Source of the DNA: Spirochaetes bacterium GWF1_51_8
Lineage (GTDB): Bacteria > Spirochaetota > Brevinematia > Brevinematales > GWF1-51-8
Direction of reading: 5' to 3'
Length of the DNA: 64,000 bases
NCBI GenBank assembly: GCA_001829415.1
Contig: MIBE01000005.1
Span: 9,470 to 73,469 of the forward strand
The notes beneath the pieces were generated by a model. That model did not search any database and had not been told where the DNA came from. It saw nothing but the letters and a program-made list of their open reading frames with translations. The translations under genes and the position numbers were made by a program. Shown here in pieces: positions 33,445 to 43,053 of this stretch (positions within the stretch are counted from its first letter, which is position 1; each line of letters begins with the position of its first letter).

Positions 33445-36290
33445 TTATTTCCTCCTGAAATAGTTTTTTCCTTCACACGGAACACGCCGGAAATCTTATA
33501 CATCACCGGGAGAAGCGTCAGCGCCGAAAGGGAACTAACCAGCATACTGATCGCCAGAAGCATCCCGAGAGTGCGGATCGGGCTGAGGCCGGAGATGAGA
33601 AGCACCACAAACCCGAGGCCGACCGCGAGCGCGTTGGCGAGGATCCCGAGCCCTGTCGTGGACAACGTGACCGCGGCCGCCATATGCTCGTCGCCGCCGT
33701 TCCGCTCCATCTCGAGGCTGAACCTCGATGTGAAATGGATGCTGTAATCGATCCCCGTCCCGATAGCGATACTCGCGATAGTCACCGTGACCAGATCGAG
33801 CGGGATACCCAACACGCCCATCACGCCGAAGTTCACGACCAGCGTGAATACGACCGCGGTGATCGACACAAGCCCCTTGAGCGCCGAACGGAAGGTGAGC
33901 GAGTTAAGGATCAGCACCGCCACAAGCGCGAGGATCAGGCTCGCCATCTGGCTCGTAAACAGGCGCTCCTTCAACTGCGAGATCAGGTACGCGTAGCCGC
34001 TCACCTCGAGCGTTTCGATAGGCGCCGTGTTCGCCACAGGCCCGGCATAGTCGCGTTCGACCGGCATCGTATGCCAGAACATCGGCGCGACTGCGTACAT
34101 CAGCCGCCCCCGGTCGATTTCGATTCCCATGGACTGGTACACCATCTCTACCGCAAAGTTGTACCGTTGGAGCTTGATATCCTCGGCGTAACGAAACGCG
34201 AGGCTGTCCGCGAGCGCGGCGATGTCGTTTGTCGTGACATCCGCGCTTAACTGTACGAGCGGCAGAATAGCCTTATAAATCCCATCGACCGAATAGTCCT
34301 GAGCGGTTTTCAGTTTCGATACGATCCTTCCGGCCTGCTGCCCGGAAAGGGTAATTTCACACTCGGGGCCGGAGAGATACTTATAGAGGGTCTCCGCGGG
34401 ATAGAACGGCTCAAAGCCGAGGACCGCGTTCCCGGCGGACAGCGCGAGTTCTTCGAGGCTCGCGATATCGAGGGTGATCTTGCCCTCCTTAGCGTATGCG
34501 TTAGAGAGCATGAGCGCCACGAGTCGGACAAGCCGCTCGTTAGTATAGTACACAGGTGCCATCGTGATCGCGCCCTGGAAATTCGTCACATAGTCCTTGA
34601 GCGGCCCGAAAATCTGTTTCTCGTACCCGCTCGACACCGACGGCAAAAGGAACGTGATCACGCCCTCGGTCTTGTCCTTCGTCACCATGCTTTTCAGTTC
34701 GGGCTGGCCGTCGATAAAGAACCAGAGGTTTTCTATCTCGCCCTTTGTATCCGGAATAGTCTTGATCCCGCTCCAGAGCGAGTTGAGCTCGGAGATCATC
34801 CCGTGAACCCCGCCCATCGCGGCTATCTTCTTGATCGACTTCGCTTTCTCTTCAAGCAGAACCATCGTCTTCTGGATGTCCGAGTCCGTCATATCGCCCT
34901 TGAGGTAGATCGAGAACGCGCTGTATCCGCCGAAATGGTCGTTGATGACCTTGCTGACTTCGACCGGCTTGCTGTCTTTATTGAAATAGGAGAGGTAATC
35001 CATCTCGGGGTAAAGTTTATAGAACTGGGAGATACACAGCGCGGCGATCGCGCCGAACACGATGAGCACCCAGACTTTTCTCTCGACCATCGTCCGCGAA
35101 AGAAACTCCGCGAACTTCCCGATCTTATGGTTCTTCCCTTCCTGCTGGGCGGCGATCTTCTGGAGCTGGGGCTTCATCCGCGAGAGCATAGCCGGGATGA
35201 AGAGGAGCGTAATCACAAGCGCAAGCACCACCCCGATAGACGTATAGATACCGAAATCCTGAATCATTTGGAGATCGGAGATGATAATCGAAACGAAGCC
35301 GAAGAAGGTTGTCAGTCCCGCCATCAGGATCGGCATGCCCACGTCGCGAACCGTCATATGGGTCAGCCGCAGCGGATCGGTGATTCCCTTCGACGTCTCC
35401 TCGTAATACTTCGCCATTACATGGATGCCGTATGCGTTACCCACCGCGATCAGCACCACCGGGATGGCCGAGCCGATCATTGTGAAATTCACCTTGAATA
35501 CGCCCATAATGCCTATCGCGATGATTGTCGCGAAACCGACGGCGGTCAGCGGGAGAATCACCCCGCGTATCCTGCCGAATGACATAAAGAGCACGCCAGC
35601 GACTATAAGCGCGACGAACGGCACGAGGATGATCAGGTCGCCCGCCACCACTTCCGAAAGCGCGTTCATGATCGTCGGGCTTCCGCCGTAATAGAGCTTG
35701 ACATTCTTTCCGGCCACGAGCTCGTCGACACGCTTCTGTATCTCGAGCGATATCTTATCGATCCTGTTTCCGCCCTTCGCGGTCACAAGCACCATCGCGT
35801 ATTTTCCGTCGGCTGAAATCAGCCGCCCGATATACATATCTTTGGAAAGGATATATTTCTTCTTCGCCTCGATCTCGTTCGCGTTAGTCGGGATGTTCTC
35901 CTTGAACATATCGTCCACGACAATCCCGTACTTGTTGGAAGTCAAGTCCTTGGTGTCCGTGATACTGATGACGTTCTCGATCCCGTCCATCGATTCGATC
36001 AGGCGGGTGATATTCCGGATGAGCGTCAGGTTTTCATGGGTGAATATCCCATCGCTCTCGATCACGATAATCAACGGCGATACTCCGCCGAACGTCTCGT
36101 TGATGTGATGCGGATAGTAGCCGATATCGCTTGCGGGCGAAACCTGCTTGAGGAGGTCGTTATTCATTTCCAAGCGGAGGATGCAGAGGCCGACGCCGAC
36201 AGTAAGGACGATAGTACCGATAATAATCCATAAGGAGTTTCGAGTCGAGAATTCCGCCAGACGTTCGAAGAAGTTCTTTTTCATATTCAC
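33441..36290 (-). CDS. MMPL/RND-superfamily exporter (12-TM, two large periplasmic loops)
   Basis: 949 aa with two 6-TM bundles (e.g. GVILPLTAVGFATIIAIGIMG, GIDYSIHFTSRF) separated by large soluble domains. Confidence 0.85.
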   Translation of the reverse strand: MNMKKNFFERLAEFSTRNSLWIIIGTIVLTVGVGLCILRLEMNNDLLKQVSPASDIGYYPHHINETFGGVSPLIIVIESDGIFTHENLTLIRNITRLIESMDGIENVISITDTKDLTSNKYGIVVDDMFKENIPTNANEIEAKKKYILSKDMYIGRLISADGKYAMVLVTAKGGNRIDKISLEIQKRVDELVAGKNVKLYYGGSPTIMNALSEVVAGDLIILVPFVALIVAGVLFMSFGRIRGVILPLTAVGFATIIAIGIMGVFKVNFTMIGSAIPVVLIAVGNAYGIHVMAKYYEETSKGITDPLRLTHMTVRDVGMPILMAGLTTFFGFVSIIISDLQMIQDFGIYTSIGVVLALVITLLFIPAMLSRMKPQLQKIAAQQEGKNHKIGKFAEFLSRTMVERKVWVLIVFGAIAALCISQFYKLYPEMDYLSYFNKDSKPVEVSKVINDHFGGYSAFSIYLKGDMTDSDIQKTMVLLEEKAKSIKKIAAMGGVHGMISELNSLWSGIKTIPDTKGEIENLWFFIDGQPELKSMVTKDKTEGVITFLLPSVSSGYEKQIFGPLKDYVTNFQGAITMAPVYYTNERLVRLVALMLSNAYAKEGKITLDIASLEELALSAGNAVLGFEPFYPAETLYKYLSGPECEITLSGQQAGRIVSKLKTAQDYSVDGIYKAILPLVQLSADVTTNDIAALADSLAFRYAEDIKLQRYNFAVEMVYQSMGIEIDRGRLMYAVAPMFWHTMPVERDYAGPVANTAPIETLEVSGYAYLISQLKERLFTSQMASLILALVAVLILNSLTFRSALKGLVSITAVVFTLVVNFGVMGVLGIPLDLVTVTIASIAIGTGIDYSIHFTSRFSLEMERNGGDEHMAAAVTLSTTGLGILANALAVGLGFVVLLISGLSPIRTLGMLLAISMLVSSLSALTLLPVMYKISGVFRVKEKTISGGNK

Positions 36291-36299
36291 CCCGTACTT

Positions 36300-36998
36300 T
36301 TATTTACACTTTTCTTTCAATGCCGCGAGCTTCTCTTTCATCTTCTTGTGATCCGGGTTGAGCGGATCGTACTTGATCTTCAGCCCTTTTTCTATCAGCG
36401 CGAGCGCCTCGGGCTTCTTTCCCTTCTCCACCAGAAACTCCGCGTAGTAGAGATACAGCACGGGGATTTCCTTGCCGTACTTGTACGCGAGCTGGTAGTT
36501 GGCAAGCGCCTTGTCGTGGTCGCCGATACTGATCGGCCACCCGGGGGCCTTGTGGTACAGACGGGCCTTCATCAGATAAGCCGTGCCGCCGCCGAACGAG
36601 GGATCGATCGCGATGATCTTATCCGCGATCTCGATCACCTTCGTCACACCGGCCGGATCCATATTCAGCTCGGTCAGTTTCCCGTAAACCGCGCCGTACC
36701 AGAGAAGCCCCTCGAGCCCCTTAGGCTTGAGCTTTACCGCCTTCTCGCCAGCCTTGACCGCGATCTCGAGCCACTGTTTCTTCTCTTCCTTTTTCACATA
36801 GTTCTTGCTGTAGAACTCCAACGCCTCGACATACTTCCAGCAGGAATCGTAATCGCCGGCCTTGGTGTATAAATCCTTGTAGTAGTTCACGATCAGCTTC
36901 GCCCCGGGCTCGGAACCCCTGTTCGTCCAGATATCGTCCTTTGCCGAGAGTAATGCCGGTATCATCAGCGCTGTTAAGACAAACAATATCCATCTCAT
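36300..36998 (-). CDS. Secreted TPR-like helical-repeat protein
   Basis: Signal peptide MRWILFVLTALMIPALLSA, then helical-repeat composition. Confidence 0.65.
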   Translation of the reverse strand: MRWILFVLTALMIPALLSAKDDIWTNRGSEPGAKLIVNYYKDLYTKAGDYDSCWKYVEALEFYSKNYVKKEEKKQWLEIAVKAGEKAVKLKPKGLEGLLWYGAVYGKLTELNMDPAGVTKVIEIADKIIAIDPSFGGGTAYLMKARLYHKAPGWPISIGDHDKALANYQLAYKYGKEIPVLYLYYAEFLVEKGKKPEALALIEKGLKIKYDPLNPDHKKMKEKLAALKEKCK

Positions 36999-37011
36999 AC
37001 CCCGCTCCTGT

Positions 37012-37650
37012 CTATAAAAGATTTTTTTTATCTAGAAGCACCGCGATCTCTTTCATCGCGCCAAGGAACTTGATCTGGAACTCGGCCTCGCCGATCTTGT
37101 GGAACGCCTTCCATTCATCGCCGATCACCACGCTCAGCATGAGCGGCGCGGTGTAGATAAAGAACAGTTTGATCCTGAGATAGTTCGTATCGACCGGGTC
37201 GGTGAAACCGTCGATCTCGCGGAGCTTCTTCTGCGCAAGTTCGTACACCGGCGAGAGCAGTTCGAAAATGTAGGCATTTTCCCTGTCCGCCCGCATAATC
37301 TCATTCAGCATGATCTTGAGCGAGTTCTTTTTCGAACGCAGGAACAGGAGCACGTCGCCCATGAACGCCGCGATTGCGTCGATATCCGCGACTCCGATCT
37401 TCGAGAAACTCTGCTCGACAACGGCCACCGCCTCACGTACCGCCGACGCCATCAGCTCGTGAAGGATTGCTTCCTTGTTCGTGAAATAGTAATACAGCAG
37501 GGCGGAATTCACCCCGGCCTGTTTTCCGATCCCGCCTATGGTCGCGGCGTCGAAACCCTTCGCCGAAAAAAGGTTCTCCGCCGCCTCGAGGATTCGCTTC
37601 TTGGCGGATTCCTCGTCGTGTTTCGGCGCCTCGCTCTTCGGTCTCGCCAT
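37012..37650 (-). CDS. TetR/AcrR-family transcriptional regulator
   Basis: The N-terminal HTH ILEAAENLFSAKGFDAATIGGIGKQAGVNSALLYYYFTNKEAI. Confidence 0.9.
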   Translation of the reverse strand: MARPKSEAPKHDEESAKKRILEAAENLFSAKGFDAATIGGIGKQAGVNSALLYYYFTNKEAILHELMASAVREAVAVVEQSFSKIGVADIDAIAAFMGDVLLFLRSKKNSLKIMLNEIMRADRENAYIFELLSPVYELAQKKLREIDGFTDPVDTNYLRIKLFFIYTAPLMLSVVIGDEWKAFHKIGEAEFQIKFLGAMKEIAVLLDKKNLL

Positions 37651-37664
37651 AGCCGCCTCCCAAT

Positions 37665-37684
37665 TTAATTAATTAGTTAATTAA
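37665..37684. promoter_or_regulatory. Two palindromic TTAATTAA octamers spaced by 4 nt (candidate TetR operator or promoter element)
   Basis: ttaattaa-ttag-ttaattaa lies 15 nt upstream of the TetR start codon. Confidence 0.35.
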
Positions 37685-37745
37685 TAATACACCTATATTC
37701 TATCACGTCCATATACAAACGTCAAGGGTAAAAAGGAAAATATTT

Positions 37746-38714
37746 TCAATATAGAAGATTTCCCTGAAAACGGGATTTAAGTTCACATACAATACTGTTT
37801 CTCATATCTTCGGCTGAATTATAAAATAATGACCGATATGTAGCCGAATCCAAATCGGAGGAATGAGAATCCATGTATCCGTAGAGAATTCCCCTGGATG
37901 AATTAATAATCGCACCGAGCCCATTTTCCCCGAAACAATTTGTTACACTCAAAACAGTTCCGCCCTGCGCCCCGAAACCCGGGACAAGGAAAAATGAATG
38001 AGGCAAGTATTTCCGCATTTCTGCCGCCTCACCGGGATAGGTCGCCCCTATGACCGCCCCGGTCAATGAGTAACCATACTTACCGATTGTTCTTTCACCA
38101 ACGCGATTAATATAATCCGCGACATGATAATACAGTTTTTTGCCATTCGATAACACTAAATCCTGAAAATCACTGCTCGATGGATTAGAAGTCTTAACCA
38201 AAACAAAGATCCCTTTTCCATGCTTCTCGCAAGTCGTAACAAACGGGTCTATACTATCGCTTCCGAGATAGGGTGATACTGTCAGAAAATCAACATCAAA
38301 AGATTTATAGAGCTTTCCTTCAATATTCACTTCGCCTAAATATCCATCCGCATACGCTTGTGCCGTGCTGCCGATATCGTTTCTTTTTCCATCTTCGATG
38401 ACAGTTAATCCCGCTTTTTTCGCGAGTTTGATGGTTTGCTCAAAAGCCTTTATTCCTTCGCTGCCATATTTCTCATAATATGCAATTTGAGGTTTGACCG
38501 CGGGAATGATATCTTTAAGCTTAGAAATCACTATTTCATTAAACTCGGTAATAACTTCAAATACACTATGAAATCCAAGATTTCCTTGAAAATGTTTCCT
38601 TTTTATAAAAGATGGGATATGATCGAGAATGGGGTCTAATCCCACTACAATGGGGCTTTTTTTTTCGATAATTCTTTCGATGAGTAAATCAACAGCATGC
38701 ATATTACTATTCAA
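37746..38714 (-). CDS. pyrF: Orotidine 5'-phosphate decarboxylase, long (type 2) form
   Basis: PIVVGLDP, DGKRNDIGSTA and VPGFGAQGG. A spot count gives ~33% GC, against ~58% in the adjacent pfk. Confidence 0.88.
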   Translation of the reverse strand: MNSNMHAVDLLIERIIEKKSPIVVGLDPILDHIPSFIKRKHFQGNLGFHSVFEVITEFNEIVISKLKDIIPAVKPQIAYYEKYGSEGIKAFEQTIKLAKKAGLTVIEDGKRNDIGSTAQAYADGYLGEVNIEGKLYKSFDVDFLTVSPYLGSDSIDPFVTTCEKHGKGIFVLVKTSNPSSSDFQDLVLSNGKKLYYHVADYINRVGERTIGKYGYSLTGAVIGATYPGEAAEMRKYLPHSFFLVPGFGAQGGTVLSVTNCFGENGLGAIINSSRGILYGYMDSHSSDLDSATYRSLFYNSAEDMRNSIVCELKSRFQGNLLY

Positions 38715-38724
38715 TGAATTATTC

Positions 38725-40038
38725 CTATCTCGTCAGGTCGGTGTCCCACGACACGGGCTGGCCGGTCGCCTCGATCACGTTATTCCAGAAGAGCGAGTTG
38801 ATATCCACAAACTTCCTCTGCGAAATCGCGAGCTCGATCGGGACATGGGTGAACATATTGTTCCACCGGCCGATCACGATATCCGTCTTCCCCGCCATCC
38901 CGGCATGCACCGCGTACTGTCCGAGTTGGGCGCAGAATATCGCGTCCATCGGACACGACGGGGCGCTCCGGATTATATAGCTCGGGTCGATATATTTCAG
39001 GTTGATCTCGATACCCTTTTTATCGAAGTACTCGTTGATTTTCGTCTTGAGGAACACACCGATATCCTTGAACACGACGTTATTCGACGCGTCGCGCGCG
39101 GCCTTATTGCTCGTGTTATCGAGAAGGTCCTGCCCTACCCCTTCCGCCGCGCAGATCACCGCATGCCCGCGCCGGAGTATCCGGTCTTCGAGCGCCGAGA
39201 AGAACGCGTCCAGCTTGAGCGGGACTTCGGGGATGAGGCAGAAATTCACATCGTTCATCGCGAGGGTCGTGCTCGCGGCGATAAATCCCGAATAGCGGCC
39301 CATCAGTTTGACAAGGCCGATCCCGTTGGGCGCGCCTTCCGCTTCGACATGCGCCGCGTAGATCGAATGCACCGCTTCGGCGACCGCGGTCTGGTAGCCG
39401 AACGAACGGTCGATGAAGCTGATATCGTTATCGATGGTCTTGGGGATGCCGACTACCGCGAGGTCGAGACCCCGTTTTCGCGCCACCTCGGCGATTTCCT
39501 TCGCCCCGCGCAATGTCCCGTCGCCGCCTATAGTATAGAGGATATTGATCTTCCACTTCTCCAATGTATCGACAAGAAGCCCGATATCCTCGGTGCCGCC
39601 GCGCGACGAACCGAGCATCGTCCCACCCATCGTATGGATATTCCGCACAAGCTGAGGAGTCAGCATGACCGGCTCGATGGCTTTGTTGGGATTGAGCCCG
39701 TTGTAGCCGTAACGGATGCCGGTGATGGAGCGCACTCCGTAACGGTAATAGGACTGCATGACTATCGAACGGATGACGTCGTTGAGGCCGGGGCATAACC
39801 CGCCGCATGTCACAATCCCGCAGTTGACCCTTGCGGGATCGAAGTAGATTTTTTCACGGGGCCCGGCGAGCTCGAAGCTGTGGGTGAAGTCTATCGCGGG
39901 ACTATGCCCGCCGTCGAATTCGGGATTGTATAAGACTTTCCGGCTGTCGGAGACAAAGACGCTTTTCGGGGAAAGGAATTTTTCCAAAAGGGGCGATATA
40001 TGACGGCATTCGCCGAGGTTTCTGATCCCGAATTCCAT
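38725..40038 (-). CDS. 6-phosphofructokinase (ATP- or PPi-dependent, long group)
   Basis: GIVTCGGLCPGLNDVIRSIV, TIGGDGTLRGA, GIPKTIDNDI and MGRYSGFIA. Confidence 0.9.
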   Translation of the reverse strand: MEFGIRNLGECRHISPLLEKFLSPKSVFVSDSRKVLYNPEFDGGHSPAIDFTHSFELAGPREKIYFDPARVNCGIVTCGGLCPGLNDVIRSIVMQSYYRYGVRSITGIRYGYNGLNPNKAIEPVMLTPQLVRNIHTMGGTMLGSSRGGTEDIGLLVDTLEKWKINILYTIGGDGTLRGAKEIAEVARKRGLDLAVVGIPKTIDNDISFIDRSFGYQTAVAEAVHSIYAAHVEAEGAPNGIGLVKLMGRYSGFIAASTTLAMNDVNFCLIPEVPLKLDAFFSALEDRILRRGHAVICAAEGVGQDLLDNTSNKAARDASNNVVFKDIGVFLKTKINEYFDKKGIEINLKYIDPSYIIRSAPSCPMDAIFCAQLGQYAVHAGMAGKTDIVIGRWNNMFTHVPIELAISQRKFVDINSLFWNNVIEATGQPVSWDTDLTR

Positions 40039-40108
40039 GGAGCGCTCCTCGTTGATATGGAACTCCCTATTTTACATAAAACAGGGGCACTTGTTAAAAT
40101 CCCCGCGA

Positions 40109-40648
40109 TTAATCGGCGATCTTGCTGAATACAAACTCGGTGTCGTAGTAGGAGAAATAATCAGCGCCGATGTTGGTGGTAAACACGGGATGCACCGCGT
40201 AGTTCGTCCCGTTGCTCAGGATCATGAAGTCCTTCAGGGTCAAACCGCCGCCGGAGGAAATAAGGTATTTCACCTGAAGGGTGGTGGAAGAATAAAGCGT
40301 GATCTTATCGCTGAACTGGTTGATGATATAAGTGCCGGTTTCGGAGTCGTTGGTGACATTCGTCTTGAACGTGATCCATTCGTACTGGCCGTAGGGTTTG
40401 AATTTAAAAATCCAGGAAAAATTACTGACGCGGCTATTCGTTACATTGATTGTGAAATTGTAGTTGGTGGTGGCGTTGGTTTTGTTGCAATAGGTGATTT
40501 CGTAGGCGGTTTCCCAGTTCGTGATGATCTTCTGGATATCCGTCTCGCCGAAAATATTTCCGGAACAGTTCGAATTGAAGAATACTATGACCGCCAGCAG
40601 AATACCCGACCAGAAGACGATCAACTTTCTCATAACAGCCTCCGCCAC
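40109..40648 (-). CDS. Hypothetical lipoprotein (Asn/Thr-rich)
   Basis: MRKLIVFWSGILLAVIVFFNSNC has a lipobox-like ending. An alternative start is at 40633. No family recognised. Confidence 0.6.
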   Translation of the reverse strand: MAEAVMRKLIVFWSGILLAVIVFFNSNCSGNIFGETDIQKIITNWETAYEITYCNKTNATTNYNFTINVTNSRVSNFSWIFKFKPYGQYEWITFKTNVTNDSETGTYIINQFSDKITLYSSTTLQVKYLISSGGGLTLKDFMILSNGTNYAVHPVFTTNIGADYFSYYDTEFVFSKIAD

Positions 40649-40694
40649 GGAAAAATCAACAATAGTATATCACAAGATTACCTAACTTCCAATT

Positions 40695-42080
40695 TTAAGA
40701 AAGAGTTTCGGCCGCTTTTTTCAGCTTTTTCAACAGTTCGTCCCGTTCGATCACATCCGACGTCTTCCTCCACGGGTGGACGGATGTGTCGTTATCCGTG
40801 CCGTATAGCGCGTATATCTCGCACCCGCCGAACGCCTCGCGCCTCGCGCCGATCAACGTCTCGAGTGCGCTCATCTGGGCGTAGTTGATCGGGTCGATAT
40901 GCCGGAAGAAGACCGCGTAGTTCCCGCCCCGCAGGTAGATATACTGGTCGAGCCCCCTGTGAACAAGCTGGTACGACGGATTCGTGAGAATGTTCCGACA
41001 GACCTTGTCGAACATCTCCTCATCGCTCGTGAAGTATTTCGAGAGGATGGAGTGCTGGACAAGCTTCTCGTACTTCTTCGCGATCATCCCGGCGTCACGG
41101 AAACCCGGATCGATACGCGCGATTTCGTTAAACATCAGCACCGATTTATATTCCTCGCCGAGTTCCTTTTTCAGGTTCGCGCAGAGGTACATGATCTCCT
41201 TTTTCGTCCCGTCGGTCAGCTCGCCGCCGAGGAACTTCTCGGCCTTCTCCACGCCAGTCCTGTGCTGTTTGGACTTGAGGAGCATCTGGAGCATGGACGT
41301 CATCGCTCGTTCGCGCTGTTCGGCGATCAGGTCCTCGAACGAGAGATAGGTCTCGAGCGCGTTCACAGCGTCGTTGAACATCTTCAGGTTCTCCAGACAG
41401 CGCCCCTTGAGGAAGAAAACCTCGCGGTTCTCCGGGTCGTATTTTTCCAGAAGTTCGAACTGCTTGAGCGCGGACGCGAACTGTCCGGTCTCGAAGAGCG
41501 TCTTCCCGTACAGGAAACGCGCGTCGATCAGGCCCGGCCGGAATTTCAGGAGCTGTTCGATGTACTCACGCGCCTTCTTGAGGTTGCGGGTGTCGTAATG
41601 GTGCACGGCGATCTCGTACAGCACCTCGGCGTTACTGCCGTCGGCCTCGAGGATCATCAGGTAGTACGACAGCGCGTCCTTATGCCGTCCGAGCCGTTCG
41701 CACACCCTCGCGAGCCGCACCACGACCGAATGATACACCGCTTTATTTTTTCCCGCCGTGATACTCGCATCGGAATAGTACTTGAGCGCCTTCGTCCAGT
41801 CCTGCATCATGTCGTAAGCCTCGCCGAGCGCGATCAGCACCGCGAACTCCGGCTTATGCCGTTTGAGGTACTCCTCGCCGAGCGCGGCCGCCGCCTCATA
41901 CTTTTTCGCGGCGATTAGCAGTTTCATCTCATGGTCGACCCGTTTGACAGTCACGAGCCTCACGATAACGAAGACGATGATCCCCGCCAGAAGCGCGGCG
42001 ATCACCCCGAGGACTATGATAAGAATATCGTCGGTAAGCTGGGGAATGCCCCACATCGATCCCTCCCATAATACGCCCAT
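40695..42080 (-). CDS. Membrane-anchored TPR-repeat protein
   Basis: N-terminal TM helix IIVLGVIAALLAGIIVFVIV, followed by multiple TPR-like A-x-x-Y repeats. Confidence 0.75.
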   Translation of the reverse strand: MGVLWEGSMWGIPQLTDDILIIVLGVIAALLAGIIVFVIVRLVTVKRVDHEMKLLIAAKKYEAAAALGEEYLKRHKPEFAVLIALGEAYDMMQDWTKALKYYSDASITAGKNKAVYHSVVVRLARVCERLGRHKDALSYYLMILEADGSNAEVLYEIAVHHYDTRNLKKAREYIEQLLKFRPGLIDARFLYGKTLFETGQFASALKQFELLEKYDPENREVFFLKGRCLENLKMFNDAVNALETYLSFEDLIAEQRERAMTSMLQMLLKSKQHRTGVEKAEKFLGGELTDGTKKEIMYLCANLKKELGEEYKSVLMFNEIARIDPGFRDAGMIAKKYEKLVQHSILSKYFTSDEEMFDKVCRNILTNPSYQLVHRGLDQYIYLRGGNYAVFFRHIDPINYAQMSALETLIGARREAFGGCEIYALYGTDNDTSVHPWRKTSDVIERDELLKKLKKAAETLS

Positions 42081-42308
42081 ATTTTAATGACGGGACGGGA
42101 ATAACGCAAAGAATTGAGGGGCATCACGACGCCCTTCGATTAAAGCTGGGATATAGAATTTATGCCTCGATACGTCCTTCGGACACTCGGCATCCGGTAT
42201 GTATCTGTCATCGAGTTCCGTAAATCGGAGTATCGAGGCCGTCCCGCGAGGTGCGGGGATAAGCGAAGTAAGTCCGGTTTGTTCTTTAGTAGGGTGAATT
42301 CTACTGGG

Positions 42309-42479
42309 CTATTTTCCCACGATGCTGACTGTATTTATTCCCATCTTTTTCACCGTAACCGCAGATTTTTCCAACCTTGCCCTCAGAGCTTCTTTTAATC
42401 CCAGATTTTCCACCTCTTTATAGGCAATTTCTTTCCATTCCCAAACTTCTATCTGCGCTTTCGATTCCTTACTACTCAT
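42309..42479 (-). CDS. 56-aa ORF overlapping the 3' end of the PIN gene (candidate cognate antitoxin; not in the ORF track)
   Basis: Reverse-strand translation: MSSKESKAQIEVWEWKEIAYKEVENLGLKEALRARLEKSAVTVKKMGINTVSIVGK. Its ATG lies inside ...TATGAGTAG, an 8-nt overlap with the PIN stop. It has the same AT-rich composition as the PIN gene. Confidence 0.45.
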   Translation of the reverse strand: MSSKESKAQIEVWEWKEIAYKEVENLGLKEALRARLEKSAVTVKKMGINTVSIVGK

Positions 42480-42960
42480 AAATCGCCTCCATGGGAGTGA
42501 TAATTCTTAACTGTAAATGATAACCTTCATTTATGTTTACCGCTGTAATCCTGCTTTCCTTATTTACATTAGCCATATGCTTGTAATTCCAGCTTAACAA
42601 TAAATCAAAACCGAAGACGGTGCAAATCGCGATATGCAAAGCGTCTTCAACTTTATTTCTCGGAATAACACCCTCTTCGATGTAAGTATAAGCAAGATTG
42701 TTAATTTCGTCCATGTTTCTGAAAATGTCCAGAACCTCGATTTCATAGTCTTCAATAATTTTTAGAAGTTTCTGTTTCTTGGTCTCATCACGGGTATTCC
42801 CTATTTCATCGATCACAAGAGGCGAAATACACACCTCATAAATACTTGTTCTGATGTAATTCTCGAAAAAGTCTATAGTGATATCCCTCTTCTCCGGGGC
42901 ATCATCCGCGAAAATAAAATTAATTACCGAGGTATCTAAATAGGCTTTCAGTTTTCTCAT
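42472..42960 (-). CDS. PIN-domain ribonuclease toxin (VapC-like)
   Basis: AYLDTSVINFIF (first acidic residue), DEIGNT, EDALHIAICTVFGFDLLLSWNYKHM. AT-rich. Start chosen at MRKLK, 6 nt after a ggagga RBS. Confidence 0.75.
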   Translation of the reverse strand: MRKLKAYLDTSVINFIFADDAPEKRDITIDFFENYIRTSIYEVCISPLVIDEIGNTRDETKKQKLLKIIEDYEIEVLDIFRNMDEINNLAYTYIEEGVIPRNKVEDALHIAICTVFGFDLLLSWNYKHMANVNKESRITAVNINEGYHLQLRIITPMEAIYE

Positions 42961-43053
42961 CCCCATTCCTCCGCACTTATATCTAATTCCTTTGCCGATC
43001 AGTTCAACAATATTCCTTTCCGCTCTTTAGTTTATTCTCACTTAACTACCACA

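Noticed and set aside
38629-39798. Long antisense ORFs opposite strongly recognised genes. Examples: 38629-39798(+) opposite pfk, 46848-48383(-) opposite DUF362/pyrD, 12669-13817(-) opposite lepB, 24662-26110(-) and 28306-29178(-) opposite the GH31 genes, 31123-32037(+) opposite the OMP gene, 40899-41918(+) opposite the TPR gene, and 43628-44521(-) opposite fabD.
   Set aside because: Each lies fully inside a gene with clear family motifs on the other strand. Their translations are R/G/E/H/D-rich and low in complexity, as expected for open antisense frames in GC-rich DNA. They have no RBS or family signatures.
40695-41150. The C-terminal ~130 aa of the 461-aa TPR protein as a possible degenerate Mrr-like restriction-endonuclease domain.
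   Set aside because: Only a vague similarity in secondary-structure pattern is present, and the catalytic D/E-x-K residues are not identifiable. This is too weak to report without a profile search.
42225-42238. A 14-nt exact match, taaatcggagtatc, between the intergenic position ~42225 and the lipoprotein ORF at ~44830.
   Set aside because: Several chance 14-mers are expected in a 64-kb self-comparison on both strands, and there is no extended similarity.
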